In this document: one piece after another, positions 26,280 to 38,794 of the stretch
Layout of the letters: each line of letters starts with the position of its first letter
How positions within the stretch are numbered: position 1 is the stretch's first letter
Assembly (NCBI GenBank): GCA_038087875.1
Contig: CM075997.1
Span: forward strand, 6,388,001-6,452,000
Origin: Malacoraja senta
Lineage: Eukaryota
Reading direction: 5' to 3'
Length of the DNA stretch: 64,000 bases
Position numbers and translations under genes: made by a program
Notes under the pieces: model-generated
Told to the model about the DNA's origin: nothing
The model's database searches: none
Seen by the model: the letters and a program-made list of their open reading frames with translations, nothing else

Positions 26280-28178
26280 ATTAAGTGGGAAATATGTTCA
26301 AGTTGGGGGCAGGTTACACTTGTTCCTAAAATAATGGCAGGAGATAACATCAGATCCGTTTGTGCTGTGCAGTATAGAAGGGGTTTGAATTGAATTCTAC
26401 CCTAATTTGTATCCACCCACTCAGCATGTCCCAAGTCGGACACTCGTTTTCTCACACAAAGAGAATATGCAGATACAGGCAGAACTTGAGGTATTGTGCA
26501 GTGAAGGGGTGATTGAGAAGTCGGTTCGTCAACTCCACAAGTTTGTGTCAAATATATTTCCTAGGTCTAAAAAGGATGGGGTATGTAGAATCATTCTGGA
26601 CCTGACGAGCCTTAACCCTTTTGTACAGATTAGACATTTCAAAATGGAAACTTTTCCTACTGCTAAACTGCTGATTTCCAAAGGGTGTTATATGGCAAGC
26701 ATAGATCTTAAAGATGCATATTACTCAGTGTCTGTTCATTGCGATGATAGGAGATATTTGAAGTTTAGCTGGATGAGTCAGTTATGGCAATTCAAAGCAC
26801 TGCCTAATGGATTAACCTCAGCTAGATTGTTTACCAAATTGTTAAAACCAGTTCTGGGGCTACTCCGAGCTCAGGGTCATGTCGTAATGGCCTATTTGGA
26901 TTATATCTTAATTGTAGGAAAGACTCAGGATGGTGTTGAATCATCTGTTTCAGTTGTTAAACTCACTTTTGAGGAATTGGGGTTCATCATTCATCCAGCT
27001 AAATCCAAATTTACACCAGTCAACGTTATTGATCACTTGGGCTTCACCATTAACTCAGATCACATGTTAGTGACTCTGCCCAGTGATTAAAGGCAGCAGT
27101 TAATTGAAGGTTGTATCAAGCTCATTGGTGAACAATGACCTTCAATTAGACAGGTGGCCAGCTTCATTGGTAAGTTGGTGGCTGCTTTTCCAGCTGTGCA
27201 GTTTGGACCTCTGCATTATCAACAGTTACAACGAGCAAAAGAACAGGCACTGAGGACACATGCAGGTCATTTTGACAGGCCCATGGGATTACCAGCTGAA
27301 GCCATTTCTGAAATCCAATGGTGGATCATGAATGTCTCAAGTAGTTCCAGGGAAGTTTTGGTTGAACCACCTTCCATAGTCTTACAGACTGATGTTAGTG
27401 CTCTAGGTTGGGGTGCTATTGATACGTTTTCCAGCTGTGGAGGCAGATGGAATAGTGATGAGGCATCTCTTCTTCAATTGCGAGGGATCAATTATTTAGA
27501 GCTTTTGGGAAAGTTTTATGGGCTTAAAGCTTATTGCTCTAGCAAGAGTCACTTGCATGTGCAGGTTCAAATTGACAACACTACAGCAGTGGCATATGTT
27601 AATCATATGGGTGGAGTCAAGTCGGAATCTTGTGAATCTAGGTTGGCTAATCAGATCTGGAGCTGGTGTATTGACAAAAACATTTGGCTTTCAGCAATCT
27701 ACTTACCAGGTAGATTCAACATAGTGGCAGACACAAGGTCACGCCAATTCAATGACAACATAGAATGGATGTTGAATCATGACATATGTAAGATGTTGTT
27801 GCTCGGTTTGGGATGCCAGATATAGATTTGTTTGCATCTAGACAAAACCACCAGTTGCCTAAATACGTATCGTGGGAACCAGATCCTGGGGCAGCAGCGG
27901 TCGATGCATTCTCGCTGCATTGGGGTGGAATGTTTTTATATGCATTTCCTCCATTCTGCCTCATCAGTCAATGCCTGCAAAAAATCAAGCAGGACTCCGC
28001 TTCAGGAGTATTGGTGGTACCCAACTGGCCTACTCAGCCATGGTTCCCTCTCATTTTGCAGATGGCTATTCAGCCTCATATGATTGTTCCCAAACATAGA
28101 AACCTACTGGTGAACCCGGTAACTGCCGATCAACATCCTTTACATGATCGTATTGATCTGTTAATTTGCAGATTCTAA
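26280..28178 (+). pseudogene. DIRS RT / RNase H / adenine-methyltransferase-like ORF, disrupted
   Basis: IDLKDAY, AYLD, INYLEL, DNTTAVAY, DLFAS and YAFPPF motifs with stops and frameshifts. Confidence 0.9.
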
Positions 28179-28265
28179 GGAGGCCATACCTGGGAGAGGA
28201 CTATCCGATCGCACCGTGGATGTTATCAATGCTGGAGGGATAGTCCCCAGAAGCAGTACATCTCC

Positions 28266-29144
28266 TTGATAATAAAGTGGGAGGTGTTCTGCTTACGGCA
28301 GAATATTTCATATCAAACTGCAGGCATCCCAGACGTGCTGGAGTTCTTGTCAACTCTCTATTTCGATCATAAGTTAAGCTATAGTGCGATCAATATAGCC
28401 AGAAGTGCTCTGTCCTCATATTTACCCATGGGATCAGAATTATATTCTGTGGGGACACATCCTCTAGTTTCTAGATTTATGAAGGGAGTTTTTAATTTCA
28501 ATCCTCCTAGGCCCAGGTATTCGGTTATCTGGAATGTAAGCGAAGTTCTTATGCTCCTTCATCAGTGGACTCCTGTCACAGCCCTGTCTTTGGCCAAACT
28601 CACCATAAAGGTAGTCATGCTTATGGCATTGGTTTCAGCCCAACATGTGCAGACATTACAGAAGCTGAGACTAGACAGGATGGAGGTATCAGCAGATGCC
28701 ATCATTTTTTATATCTATGATTTGCTCAAGCAGAGTAGAATAGGGGCGACAGGGTGTAAGATTACCTTTTCGGCATACCCCACGGACCCCCGCCTGTGTG
28801 TAGTGTCATGTTTGTTATATTACATTGAGGCTACCAGAACCCTAAGAGGAGCGGAATCAGCATTATTTATTAGCCACAAAAAAACGCATAGGAAGGTGTC
28901 GGTTCAAACTATTTCAAGGTGGCTAAAGCAGGTTCTGGTTTACGCTGGGATTGACACTGACAATTTTAAATCTCATTCCACCAGGGCGGCATCAACTTCA
29001 GCGGCCAGGGCGATGGACGTCCCTATAGACCATATCCTTGCGGCCGCAGGATGGTCCAGTGAACTGATGTTCCAAAAATTTTATCATAAGGCAATTGCCA
29101 AACTGGGGGTATTTGCCGACTCTGTTTTAAGTTCAGTTTTATAG
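28266..29144 (+). CDS. DIRS tyrosine recombinase (292-aa open stretch, probably inactive)
   Basis: HSTRAAS, AAGWSS and F.KFY motifs; SAQH where the catalytic Arg is expected. Confidence 0.88.
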   Translation: MIIKWEVFCLRQNISYQTAGIPDVLEFLSTLYFDHKLSYSAINIARSALSSYLPMGSELYSVGTHPLVSRFMKGVFNFNPPRPRYSVIWNVSEVLMLLHQWTPVTALSLAKLTIKVVMLMALVSAQHVQTLQKLRLDRMEVSADAIIFYIYDLLKQSRIGATGCKITFSAYPTDPRLCVVSCLLYYIEATRTLRGAESALFISHKKTHRKVSVQTISRWLKQVLVYAGIDTDNFKSHSTRAASTSAARAMDVPIDHILAAAGWSSELMFQKFYHKAIAKLGVFADSVLSSVL

Positions 29145-29939
29145 TTTTACCCTGGGATAGAAAGGGTCACTATTGTTTCTTTATAATATAAACCGTTAAT
29201 CATTTCAAGCAATGTTATGGTTGATGCATTATTGATTATTTTCTTATTGTGAGTCAATCAATGCAGTGAGACGCCGGGATTTGAATCTGCAGCATGAAAT
29301 CACAGAGCTTTGAAATCTTCACGTAGTCACTCACATGACTCCGAAGTAAAATAGTAAGATTTAACGAGAACTTACCAGTTTGAAGTTTGATCTTTATTTT
29401 ATGAGGAGTTACGATGAGGGACTACATGCCCTCTGCTCCCAACCCTCATAAAGGTCATCTGGTAGTTCTAGTCTTCTCTCATCTTACTATTATACTTCAG
29501 TCACTATTACCTGTGATTTCACACTGCTGCTTTGAAGATTGACGCGAGTGCGGCTGGACGGGGTCTTCTTCACGTAGTCCCTCATCGTAACTCCTCATAA
29601 AATAAAGATCAAACTTCAAACTGGTAAGTTCTCGATTAATCTTACTATTACAAGACCTACACCAAACCCAAACCAATTAGGAGCAGACGAGGGCATTCGA
29701 TCCAATTTGTGATTCCAACTACCAAGACAGATGTGTACAACAATTCGTTCTTGCCCCGCACAATTAAAGCATGGAATAATCTTCACCCTACCATAGTTAC
29801 CCAACCAGATGCAACTAAATTTAAGGTAGCTCTTTCTTCCCAAAAACCCTTTCTGGCTTAAGTCCTCCCTCCACCACCTCCAGTTTAAATTCCATTTGGA
29901 ATATTTTGGAGGACCAAGAAACCAAGAACCAAGAACCAC

Positions 29940-30390
29940 TGCCCACATCAGTGCAGCCCAGCTACCACTGGAGTTTGCCTAGTTGAATAGTATACAACTG
30001 GCCTCATTGTATCTCTATATATTATGTTATTACTGCTTTTTGTACTCTCTCATTATCACTACAAATCAAAAACTTTAGTCAAATCGGGGGGCCATAGTGT
30101 TCAGGAGGAGGTCAGGGTTTGTTGGATTTTTGCAAATGGATACATTTTGTTCTCCTCCCAGTCTCTTTTCTCTCTTGACTGCCTCCCCCTAGTGAATTCC
30201 CTCAAACCCCTTTTTGTAAGATAGGGTCTGACATAATCAACTAGCACAGTATTGCATTGACCCTCATTTACATTTTACCAGACAAATTATAAACTTCAAG
30301 CACTTACAGATTTGGCAATCTTGGAGACAGGAATTCTGGCTACTCGTTTGCATTTTACAAGACAAACACTTTGATTACACAGACATATAG
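29940..30390 (-). mobile_element. Upstream continuation of the ERV pol remnant
   Basis: PDLTKVFDL and RPVVYYS..TPVVAGL motifs. Confidence 0.6.
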
Positions 30391-30945
30391 TGTGCTTGTA
30401 TTAATCAGTCAGGGCATTGAGTATAAGAGTTAGGAAGTGATTTTGCTGCTTTATAGGACATTGATGTGGCCGTATTTTGAGTCATGTGCGTTTTTGTCGC
30501 ATCATTATGGGAAGGATGTGCAGGGTTTGGAGTGGGTTCAGAAGAGGTGTAGCAGAATGCTGATTGGATTAGAGTGCATTAGCTATGAAGAGGGATTCGA
30601 GAAACCTGGATTATTTTCACTGGAACATCAGAGGTTGAGGACAGACCTGCTGGAAGTATAAAAGTATGAGAGGCATAGCTTCAAAGCGAGAGGGGAAAGG
30701 TTTAAAGGAGATGTGCGGGGCAAGATATTTACACAGAAAATGGTGGTTGCCTGGAAAGCGCTGCCAAGGATGATGGTGCAAGCAGATATGATAGTGACGT
30801 TTGAGGGGCTGTTAGAAAGGCACATGGATATGCATGGAATGGAGGGATCGCATACAGGCAGAGATTTGTTTAATTTGGCATCATGTTCGGTATGGATGTT
30901 GTGTGGACAGAAAGGCCTCTCCCTATGCTGTTTTCTATGTTCTAT
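30390..30945 (+). mobile_element. Old CR1 3' fragment
   Basis: GLFSLEHQRLR and FTQKMVVAW motifs; TTCTATG tail. Confidence 0.75.
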
Positions 30946-31019
30946 GTATTGGCTGCTGCATCGAGATGTTTGCTGTTTCTTCTGTGTATTTTCTGTGTTG
31001 TTTCAGGATGAGGACCAAT

Positions 31020-31575
31020 CAAAGATGTGTAGTAAGGAACTGCAGATGCTGGTTTAAACCGAAGTTAGACACAAAAAGCTGGGGTAACTCAGCAGGACAG
31101 GCAGCATCTCTAAATAGAAGGAATGGGTGACGTTTTGGGTTGAGATCCTTCTTCAGACTGTCAGGAGAGAGGGACATATATAGAGATAAGGAAGTGTAAG
31201 GTGTGAAACAGAGATAAAGGGGATGTAGATCAAGGAATATGTAGAATAGGTAATTGTTAGCTAAGAGAAGGTAACAACAAAACAAACAGGGATAAAATTT
31301 AAATGGGGACAGTCAGACTGGTCAGAGAACTGGGAAGGGGGGGGATGGAGAGAGAGGGAAAGCAAGGGTTGCTTGAAGATAGAGAAGTCAATGTTCATAC
31401 CACTGGAGTGTAAGCTGCCCAAACAAAATATGAGGTATTGTTCCTCCAATTTGCGCTGGGCCTCACTCTGACAATGGAGGAGGCCCAGGACAGAAAGGCC
31501 AGTGTGGGAATGGGAGGGGGAGTTAAAGTGTTTAGCAACAGGTAGATCACTGGGAGATCAGGTAGGTTTAGCCGT
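31020..31575 (-). mobile_element. Penelope-like element 3' fragment
   Basis: KLEEQYLIFCLGSL end of GIY-YIG domain, then tail with decayed hammerhead motif. Confidence 0.8.
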
Positions 31576-31654
31576 TCAAAGATGTCAGCCATTGTGTAAA
31601 GTCATACCCGCGTGGGATGACTACATGATTTGTTCCTTAAAGATGCTTCCTGGT

Positions 31655-32395
<741 letters not shown>

Positions 32396-32590
32396 GCTGT
32401 GTGTAATTTTGTGCTGTCTGTGTGTAATTTTGGAGAGAGTGCTAATTGTGTCCTCCAGGGTGCAAATACTGTATAAAAGAGAGGATTTTTTTTTACTGTG
32501 ATTCAAAGCTTCTGTTACAAATTCAGTGCGTTAACTCGGAAATTCTCTTGATTGCATTTGTCCGGGTGAGGGAATTAAAATAATTTCAAC

Positions 32591-32665
32591 TGCGATGGCC
32601 AGCAATCGAACCCGGGTCAACTGCTTTGAAAGCAGCAGCTATGCTCACCGCTATACCAGCATCGC
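32591..32665 (-). tRNA. tRNA-Gly(TCC)-derived pseudogene with anticodon changed to TCA
   Basis: Matches vertebrate tRNA-Gly(TCC) body; 3-nt insertion; mismatches in T and acceptor stems. Confidence 0.8.
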
Positions 32666-32829
32666 TGTGCAATAGTATGGGAGGTTCAGGTCCAGAGTGG
32701 TGTCCAGTGCTGTGTGACTCCGTCAATAGTCTCTGCATTGTTCGTTGACGGATCATTTCTCACTCTGCTGCAGTTCCAGTTCCGTCCACTTGATGCCCCC
32801 ATCCACCAACCGACATATGTCACACAGCA

Positions 32830-32917
32830 GGTACACAAAAATGCTGGAGAAACTCAGTGGGTGCAGCAGCATCTATGGAGCGAAGGGAATAGGTAACGTT
32901 TCGGGCCGAAACCCTTC
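32830..32917 (-). mobile_element. ~90-bp Penelope-tail mini-element
   Basis: 14-bp TSD TATGTCACACAGCA. Confidence 0.8.
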
Positions 32918-33282
32918 TATGTCACACAGCACCCGGTGAATCTTCACCCGGGATCGGACTGAAGTCGACGGATGAGCCACGAATCTTTCCCCGCATCTCA
33001 CATCAACAACAGACGATAAATGTCCCTTTAAACATCAGCAACAGACTTATAAATGTCCCTTTAAACAACACGCAGTTGGGCCCAAATGGCATCGCCACCT
33101 CCGACCAGTCCTTGAACAGAAGAAATCACTAAATCACCGAAGAATTCCAAGACCCCTTCCTGTTACAGAGTGAGATGAGAGTCTCTGAAAGGCCAACAAT
33201 GAACAGACACATATCGAAGTGACCCTACGTGCCCTTCGGTATATTGACATCTGAATGGTAGATTGATCACATTGGCACCAAT

Positions 33283-33354
33283 TCCTTGTTAGTATAGTGG
33301 TTAGCATCCCCGCCTGTCACGCTGGAGACTGGGGTTCAAATCCCCGACGGGGGC
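33283..33354 (+). tRNA. tRNA-Asp(GTC), degenerate or possible pseudogene
   Basis: TCCTTGTTAGTATAGTGG..CTGTCAC..GGTTCAAATCCCCG then TTTT; one anticodon-stem mismatch and altered 3' end. Confidence 0.8.
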
Positions 33355-33935
33355 GATACTTTTACATATTAACATTTAACTTGACTTTGTTTTAGTGATC
33401 AGCCCGCCAGAACGCGGCGAATCTTCGCCTGGCCCCTATTTGAAAATATCTTTGGCACGTGTAAATCCAGATATTCTGCACAAAGCAAATCTTTTCACTC
33501 GATCTCGGTACACACGACAATAATAAACCTAAATCTAACGTTTATTGAACATACATTCGTACTGTGAAACAACCCGGTCTGTGGCGAGCAGGGGACGGGA
33601 GAGTCTCCCGAGAAGCAGGGTCTTTGTGTTCCGCCTCTTTTCCCCAATCTCCCCTCAGCGGGTCTGTGTCTCAGCGCCATTCGGGGTCACATTCAGTGGC
33701 TGAGCGCATTAAACCAGGACCGTTGCTGTCAGATATCAACTTCCGCTCGCTCCCTGTAAACACGCCGATTTCTGCAACGTGTCTGCGGGGACAGGCTCAG
33801 GAACAGGTGAAACACTGCACACAAAGATCCCAGGCTGAGCTTCTCAAAGGGTCAGTCCCGGGGTTCCGGCCGCCCGGCCCATCGGACACTTCGCTCACAC
33901 TCCGGGGAAAAAGTTCCCGCGTTATGTAATCCGGT

Positions 33936-34027
33936 GGTACACCAAATGCTGGAGAAACTCAGCGGGTGCAGCAGCATCTATGGAGCGAAGGAAATAGGCA
34001 ACGTTTCGGGCCGAAACCCTTCTTCAG
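33936..34027 (-). mobile_element. ~90-bp Penelope-tail mini-element with intact hammerhead core
   Basis: 14-bp TSD TTATGTAATCCGGT; core at 34000-34027. Confidence 0.82.
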
Positions 34028-34089
34028 TTATGTAATCCGGTCCCCGGCCGCTGAGGGACAGCGGAACGCGCGCTCGGTAGCAAAGTGGA

Positions 34090-36080
34090 ATACAGCATAG
34101 CAAAATATATAGTCACGCACTTCGGTTAGCAGGAATAAAGCCAACACTACTTTCTAAATGGGGAGAGGATTCTGAAATTAGAGGTGCAAAGGGACTTGGA
34201 AGTGTTGGTGCAGGTAAATTGCAGGTTGGATCAGTGGTAAGGAACGCAAAAGCAATTCATTTCGAGGCCGATTAGAAAATAAAATCAAGGATGCAGTGCT
34301 GAAGCTTTATCAGACATTGGAGATGCCATATTTGGAATATTGTGAGCCCTCAAGACACTTCCATTGACTGTCCCAAGTTCCTCGGTCCTGGTGTCTGTCT
34401 CCACAGTAAAAACAGAGGACTCACTGGGTAAATCCACAGATGACACGTGGGAGTTGTTTAAAGGCCAGCTAATGAAAGTGCAGGATCAGCATGTACAGCA
34501 AGCAGGAGGTACAAGGGCACCAAAGCAAGGAAAATGTGGAGGACCAAGCAGGTTGTAAACGTGTTCAGGGAGAAAAATGAATTATATGTTTAAGAAGGAA
34601 CTGCTGATACTGGAAAATCGAAGGTAGCCTATTTCCTTCGCTCCATAGATGCTGCTGCACCCGCTGAGTTTCTCCAGAACTTTTGTCTACCAAAAGGAAT
34701 TATATGTCAGGTTTAAGAAGGTGGCATCGGACAGAGGTTATGAGGAATATAAAGCGAGTAGGAAATAACTCAAGCGGGTGTTTAGAATGGGCAAAAGGGG
34801 CCATGAAATGTCATTGGCGTTTTAGTTAAAGGTAAAATCCAAGTCCTTGTATATGCATGTTAAAAACAATAGGGTGACCAGGGAGAAATTAAGACCGCTC
34901 AAGGATAAAGGAGGGCATATACGTTTGCAGTTGGAGGATGTAGGTGAGGTTTCTAACATTTGCATCTATATTCAGAAGAATTGAGGACAGGGAGATCATT
35001 GTGGAGAAAAAAACTATGTGGATTTCTGGTCATTTTGAGATAGAGAAGGAGGTAGTGCTGAGGCTACTTTGTTTAAGGCAAGTAGAGAGAATCCAGGGAA
35101 CTATAGAAACATAGAAACATAGAAATTAGGTGCAGGAGTAGGCCATTCGGCCCTTCGAGCCTGCACCGCCATTCAATATGATCATGGCTGATCATCCAAC
35201 TCAGTATCCCGTACCTGCCTTCTCTCCATACCCTCTGATTCCTTTAGCCACAAGGGCCACATCTAACTCCCTCTTAAATATAGCCAATGAACTGGCCTCG
35301 ACTACACTCTGTGGCAGAGAGTTCCAGAGATATAGGTTAGTGATCCTTATGTTAATGGTAGGGATACTATTGAAGAGAATTCTAAGAGATACGATTAACT
35401 CCCATTTGGAAAAGAATGGGCTAATTAGGGACATTTGAACACGGTAGGTCTCCTCTTACTAACAATTGAGTTTCTCCCTGTGACTGTGTAGGTTTTCTCT
35501 TGGTGCTCCTATTTCCTCCCACATTCCAAAAACATACACGGTTGTAGATTAATTTGTTTTGGTGAGATTGTAAATTGTCCCTATAGTATAGGATAGTTCT
35601 ATTGTATGGGGTGATCACTGGAAACACTATAATAAACAACAAAAAAGTATGGGTTCAGAAATGGCTTATTCATAGAAGACAGAGGATTGTGGTGGAAGGA
35701 AGATATTCTGTCTGTGACCAGTAGAGTTCTACAGGAACCTGTGCAGGAACCTCTCCTGTTTCTAATATGTACACATGATCTGACTGTAAGTGTGGATTGG
35801 TTGGTGAGTATATTTGCTGATGACACCAACATTGGAGGAGTTGCAGACTGTGATAAAGACGGTCAAAAGATACAGTGAGATATAGACCAGCTGCAGGAAT
35901 GCAAGGAGAAATGGCAGATGGTGTTTAACTCGAGCAAGTCCTGACTACAGGACGTATGCCGCATTTGGAGTTTTGCATGCAGTTCTTGTCGTCCCATTAT
36001 ATGAAAGATGAAGACGCTTTGGCGAGGTTGCAGATTAGGTTTACTAGAATGCTGTCCGGATTAGGTTTCAGCTATCCGGA
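34090..36080 (+). mobile_element. Old fragmented CR1 with nested younger insertions
   Basis: FADDTNIGG and PHLEFC motifs; young CR1 3' end at 35104-35329 (minus); V-SINE piece at about 35470-35620. Confidence 0.65.
34590..34691. mobile_element. Inverted (twin-primed-like) Penelope-tail insertion
   Basis: ~16-bp TSD AAAA(T/G)GAATTATATGT; two tail segments in opposite orientation. Confidence 0.7.
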
Positions 36081-36820
36081 GTACAGCGCCCCACCCCGTT
36101 CCAAAATGACCAGAAATCCACCCTCCATTGGGTTGTTGGGTGAGCCCATTTTCTATCTTTGGATAACAGAGGATCTGCCATTTTTGATCACCTGGTTTCT
36201 AGGATCCACTCTGAAAACCTCACCAACCCTCCTTAAATTCAAACATTACCCGAACATTAATCGTATCATTTCTGAATGCAGATTTACAATTTCCTATTTC
36301 CCTCGGAGTGGATTTCATGAAATAAGGTTTTCGGACTTCTGCTAATATTTAAAACACAAAGTGATGGACAGACAGACAGCAACACTGGAGGACATGAACA
36401 GGATTGAAATGTAAGCAAGAAGAAATAATATCGGTGGAAGGGGGCGGGGGAGGGGTGGGATAGAAGGAGATTGGATGCGCATTCGAGTGAGGCACCGGGG
36501 AGGGACGGGAGATAAGGGGGTGAAAGGGGCGGGGAGGGGGGGGGGAGTGTAGTGTTGGTTTGAGATGCAGAATTCGTTCAGTTGGGTTATGAGCTATCGA
36601 ACCCAAACAAAACACGGGGCAGTAGTCGGGGGGTTTTGATTGAGGGAGGATGGGATTGCAATTGGTTCCCACAAATGTCTAGTTCATCTCTGCAAATATC
36701 CAATGAAAATACTTGGCCTTTCCACCCAGCATCCATTAGCACACAGTTCTGGGATCTGTCGATTTAATCCGCGCTCCGAAAAGCTGCTGATTATTTCGGG
36801 GGTTGAACTCGACTGAAGAA

Positions 36821-37246
36821 ATGCCGGAGGTGCAGAAACCCGCTCCTAAGAAGGGCACCAAGAAAGCTTTGCCGAAACCCGCGGGCAAAGCGGGCAAGAA
36901 GCGCAGGAAGTCGAGGAAGGAGAGTTATTCAATCTATATCTACAAAGTGATGAAGCAGGTTCACCCCGACACCGGCATCTCGTTCAAGGCCATGAGCATC
37001 ATGAACTCGTTCGTCAACGATATTTTCAAGCGCATCGCTGGAAAGGCTTCCCGCCTGGCTCATTGCAACAAGCGCTCGACCATCAGCTCCCGGGAGATCC
37101 AGACCGCCGTGCGCCTGCTGCTGCCCGGGGAGCTGGCCAAGCACGCCGTGTCGGAAGGGACAAAGGCGGTGACCAAGTACACCAGCTCCAAGCAAAGACC
37201 GACGAACTGTAGACAAGACAAACCGAAAACCCAACGGCTCTTTTAA
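36821..37246 (+). CDS. H2B: Histone H2B variant or incipient pseudogene with stop-loss (141 aa)
   Basis: TAA>CAA at 37193-37195 adds 17 aa; core substitutions S56F, E71K, E76K, Y83C (human numbering). Confidence 0.85.
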   Translation: MPEVQKPAPKKGTKKALPKPAGKAGKKRRKSRKESYSIYIYKVMKQVHPDTGISFKAMSIMNSFVNDIFKRIAGKASRLAHCNKRSTISSREIQTAVRLLLPGELAKHAVSEGTKAVTKYTSSKQRPTNCRQDKPKTQRLF

Positions 37247-37251
37247 GAGCC
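37236..37251 (+). terminator. Histone mRNA 3' stem-loop (H2B unit 2)
   Basis: GGCTCTTTTAAGAGCC-ACCCA, HDE AAAGAGTTG. Confidence 0.95.
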
Positions 37252-37528
37252 ACCCACAGTCTCATTGAAAGAGTTGTCCTCGTATTTGAACATCGAATTA
37301 CAGCAGAATTGTCTTTCCTTCCGGGGATTATTCACATTCTGATTACGTTGCTCACATTCTGGTATCCCTGCTGCATACTTGATCACCAAGCTGACATGAA
37401 AGCTTAATCCCTTCACCTCAGCATGTCCCGATCAAAGTGCATTGTGTCTACGGCAATTATTGCTGCGGGGAATGCAGTTTATTAACTTTTGTCCCCTTTT
37501 CTGAGACTGCTCTGAATCGCATTTCTAT

Positions 37529-38425
37529 AGGGGGGTTGCACGTAAGGTCACCGGGTCATAGGGCTTGACGCACGGAGCCGCTCAATCCATCTGGAAGACA
37601 TCCGTCACTTCCGGTATATGTTATTAATGCAAGAAACGCGTACTTTCCTACCTGTTAAAAACGCCAAAATGTTGATTTTTTTCGCTGTAAAAAATTGTGG
37701 AAGTCGGGGTAAGTGTGAGAGACATGTACCCAACTTCAGAATTCCAAAAGTGAAGCGAAATTAAGGTAAAGAGAAGCGAGAGCTGAAGGGACAACAGCAG
37801 CTAAAGTGCTTGGCGAACATTGGCCGTGCAGATATCGGAATTGAAAATATCGGGATTTATCGCGTTTGCTCACTGCATTTAATCAACAGTATGGCATTAT
37901 TTGTTTTTTTTCTTGATTTCTTTGGTATCTAAAAAGTCTCAGAAGTGGTAAATCTGGTTGTAAATTTTGCTTCAGAGGCATTTTCTTTTTGTATGTAAAA
38001 ACCCACGAGAACCAGGGGCGATTTTAAAATTTTACAGCCAGATTGACCCCTTCTGAAACTTTTTAGATGCCAAAGGAATCAAGAAAAAACACAAATAATG
38101 CCTTAGTTGATGAAATGCAGTGAGCAAACGGCCAATGTTCGCCAAGCACTGGCTGTTGTTGTTCCTTTCAGCTCTCGCTTCAATCTACCGTCATTTCTCC
38201 TCACTTTTTGAATTCTGAAGTTGGCTAAATGTCTCTCACGCTTATCCCGATTTCCATAATTATTTACAGCGCAAAAATTGACAATTTCGGCGGGTTTTAA
38301 CGGGACCGCTACGCTGGAAACAATGGTAAGTGCCTGCCTACAGTTCATCGCGTGTAATCCATTTGGCGCAGCGTAGCAACAGTACGGGTCATGGGGTCGT
38401 GACCCGACTGCCGTGAAACCTCCCT
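37529..38425. mobile_element. Second copy of the palindromic THAP-remnant MITE
   Basis: Highly similar to 8404-9289; empty site TTTCTATTGGGG in the paralog at about 50234-50245. Confidence 0.88.
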
Positions 38426-38507
38426 ATTGGGGTATAGGTTCACCGTTTCTTTCCCCCTCACTGAGCAACTTTTCACACAAGCAGAGTATCATTTCTTTTG
38501 TTCCGAA

Positions 38508-38682
38508 AGAAGACACAAATGCTGGAGAAACTCAGCGGGTGAGGCAGCATCTTTGGAGACAAGGAATAAGCGACGTTTCCTTGTCTTTTCCTTGTCTCCG
38601 TAGATGCTGCCTCAACCGCTGAGTTCCTCCAGCATTTTTGTCTACCCTCGATTTTTCCAGCATCAGCAGTTCTTTCTTAAAC
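38508..38682. mobile_element. Inverted Penelope-tail insertion
   Basis: Two tail halves in opposite orientation; flanking TTTTGTTCC repeat; absent from the paralog near 50305. Confidence 0.7.
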
Positions 38683-38794
38683 ATATATTTTGTTCCAATC
38701 ACTTACCGGAGGAAAGAAAAGACTGAATTAAATTCCCAGAATCATAGATTCCCTGTTTAATATAAACGATCTGAGATTCAGTACTGGGGTAAAT

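Larger units (their letters stand above)
24875..29649 (+). mobile_element. Full-length DIRS1-like tyrosine-recombinase retrotransposon
   Basis: Inverted terminal repeats, internal complementary region at about 29316-29428, gag, RT-RH-MT and YR coding regions. Confidence 0.95.

Noticed and set aside
27760..29144. Methyltransferase next to an integrase as a prokaryotic or phage module
   Set aside because: Standard domains of a DIRS1-like retrotransposon, enclosed by its ITRs and ICR
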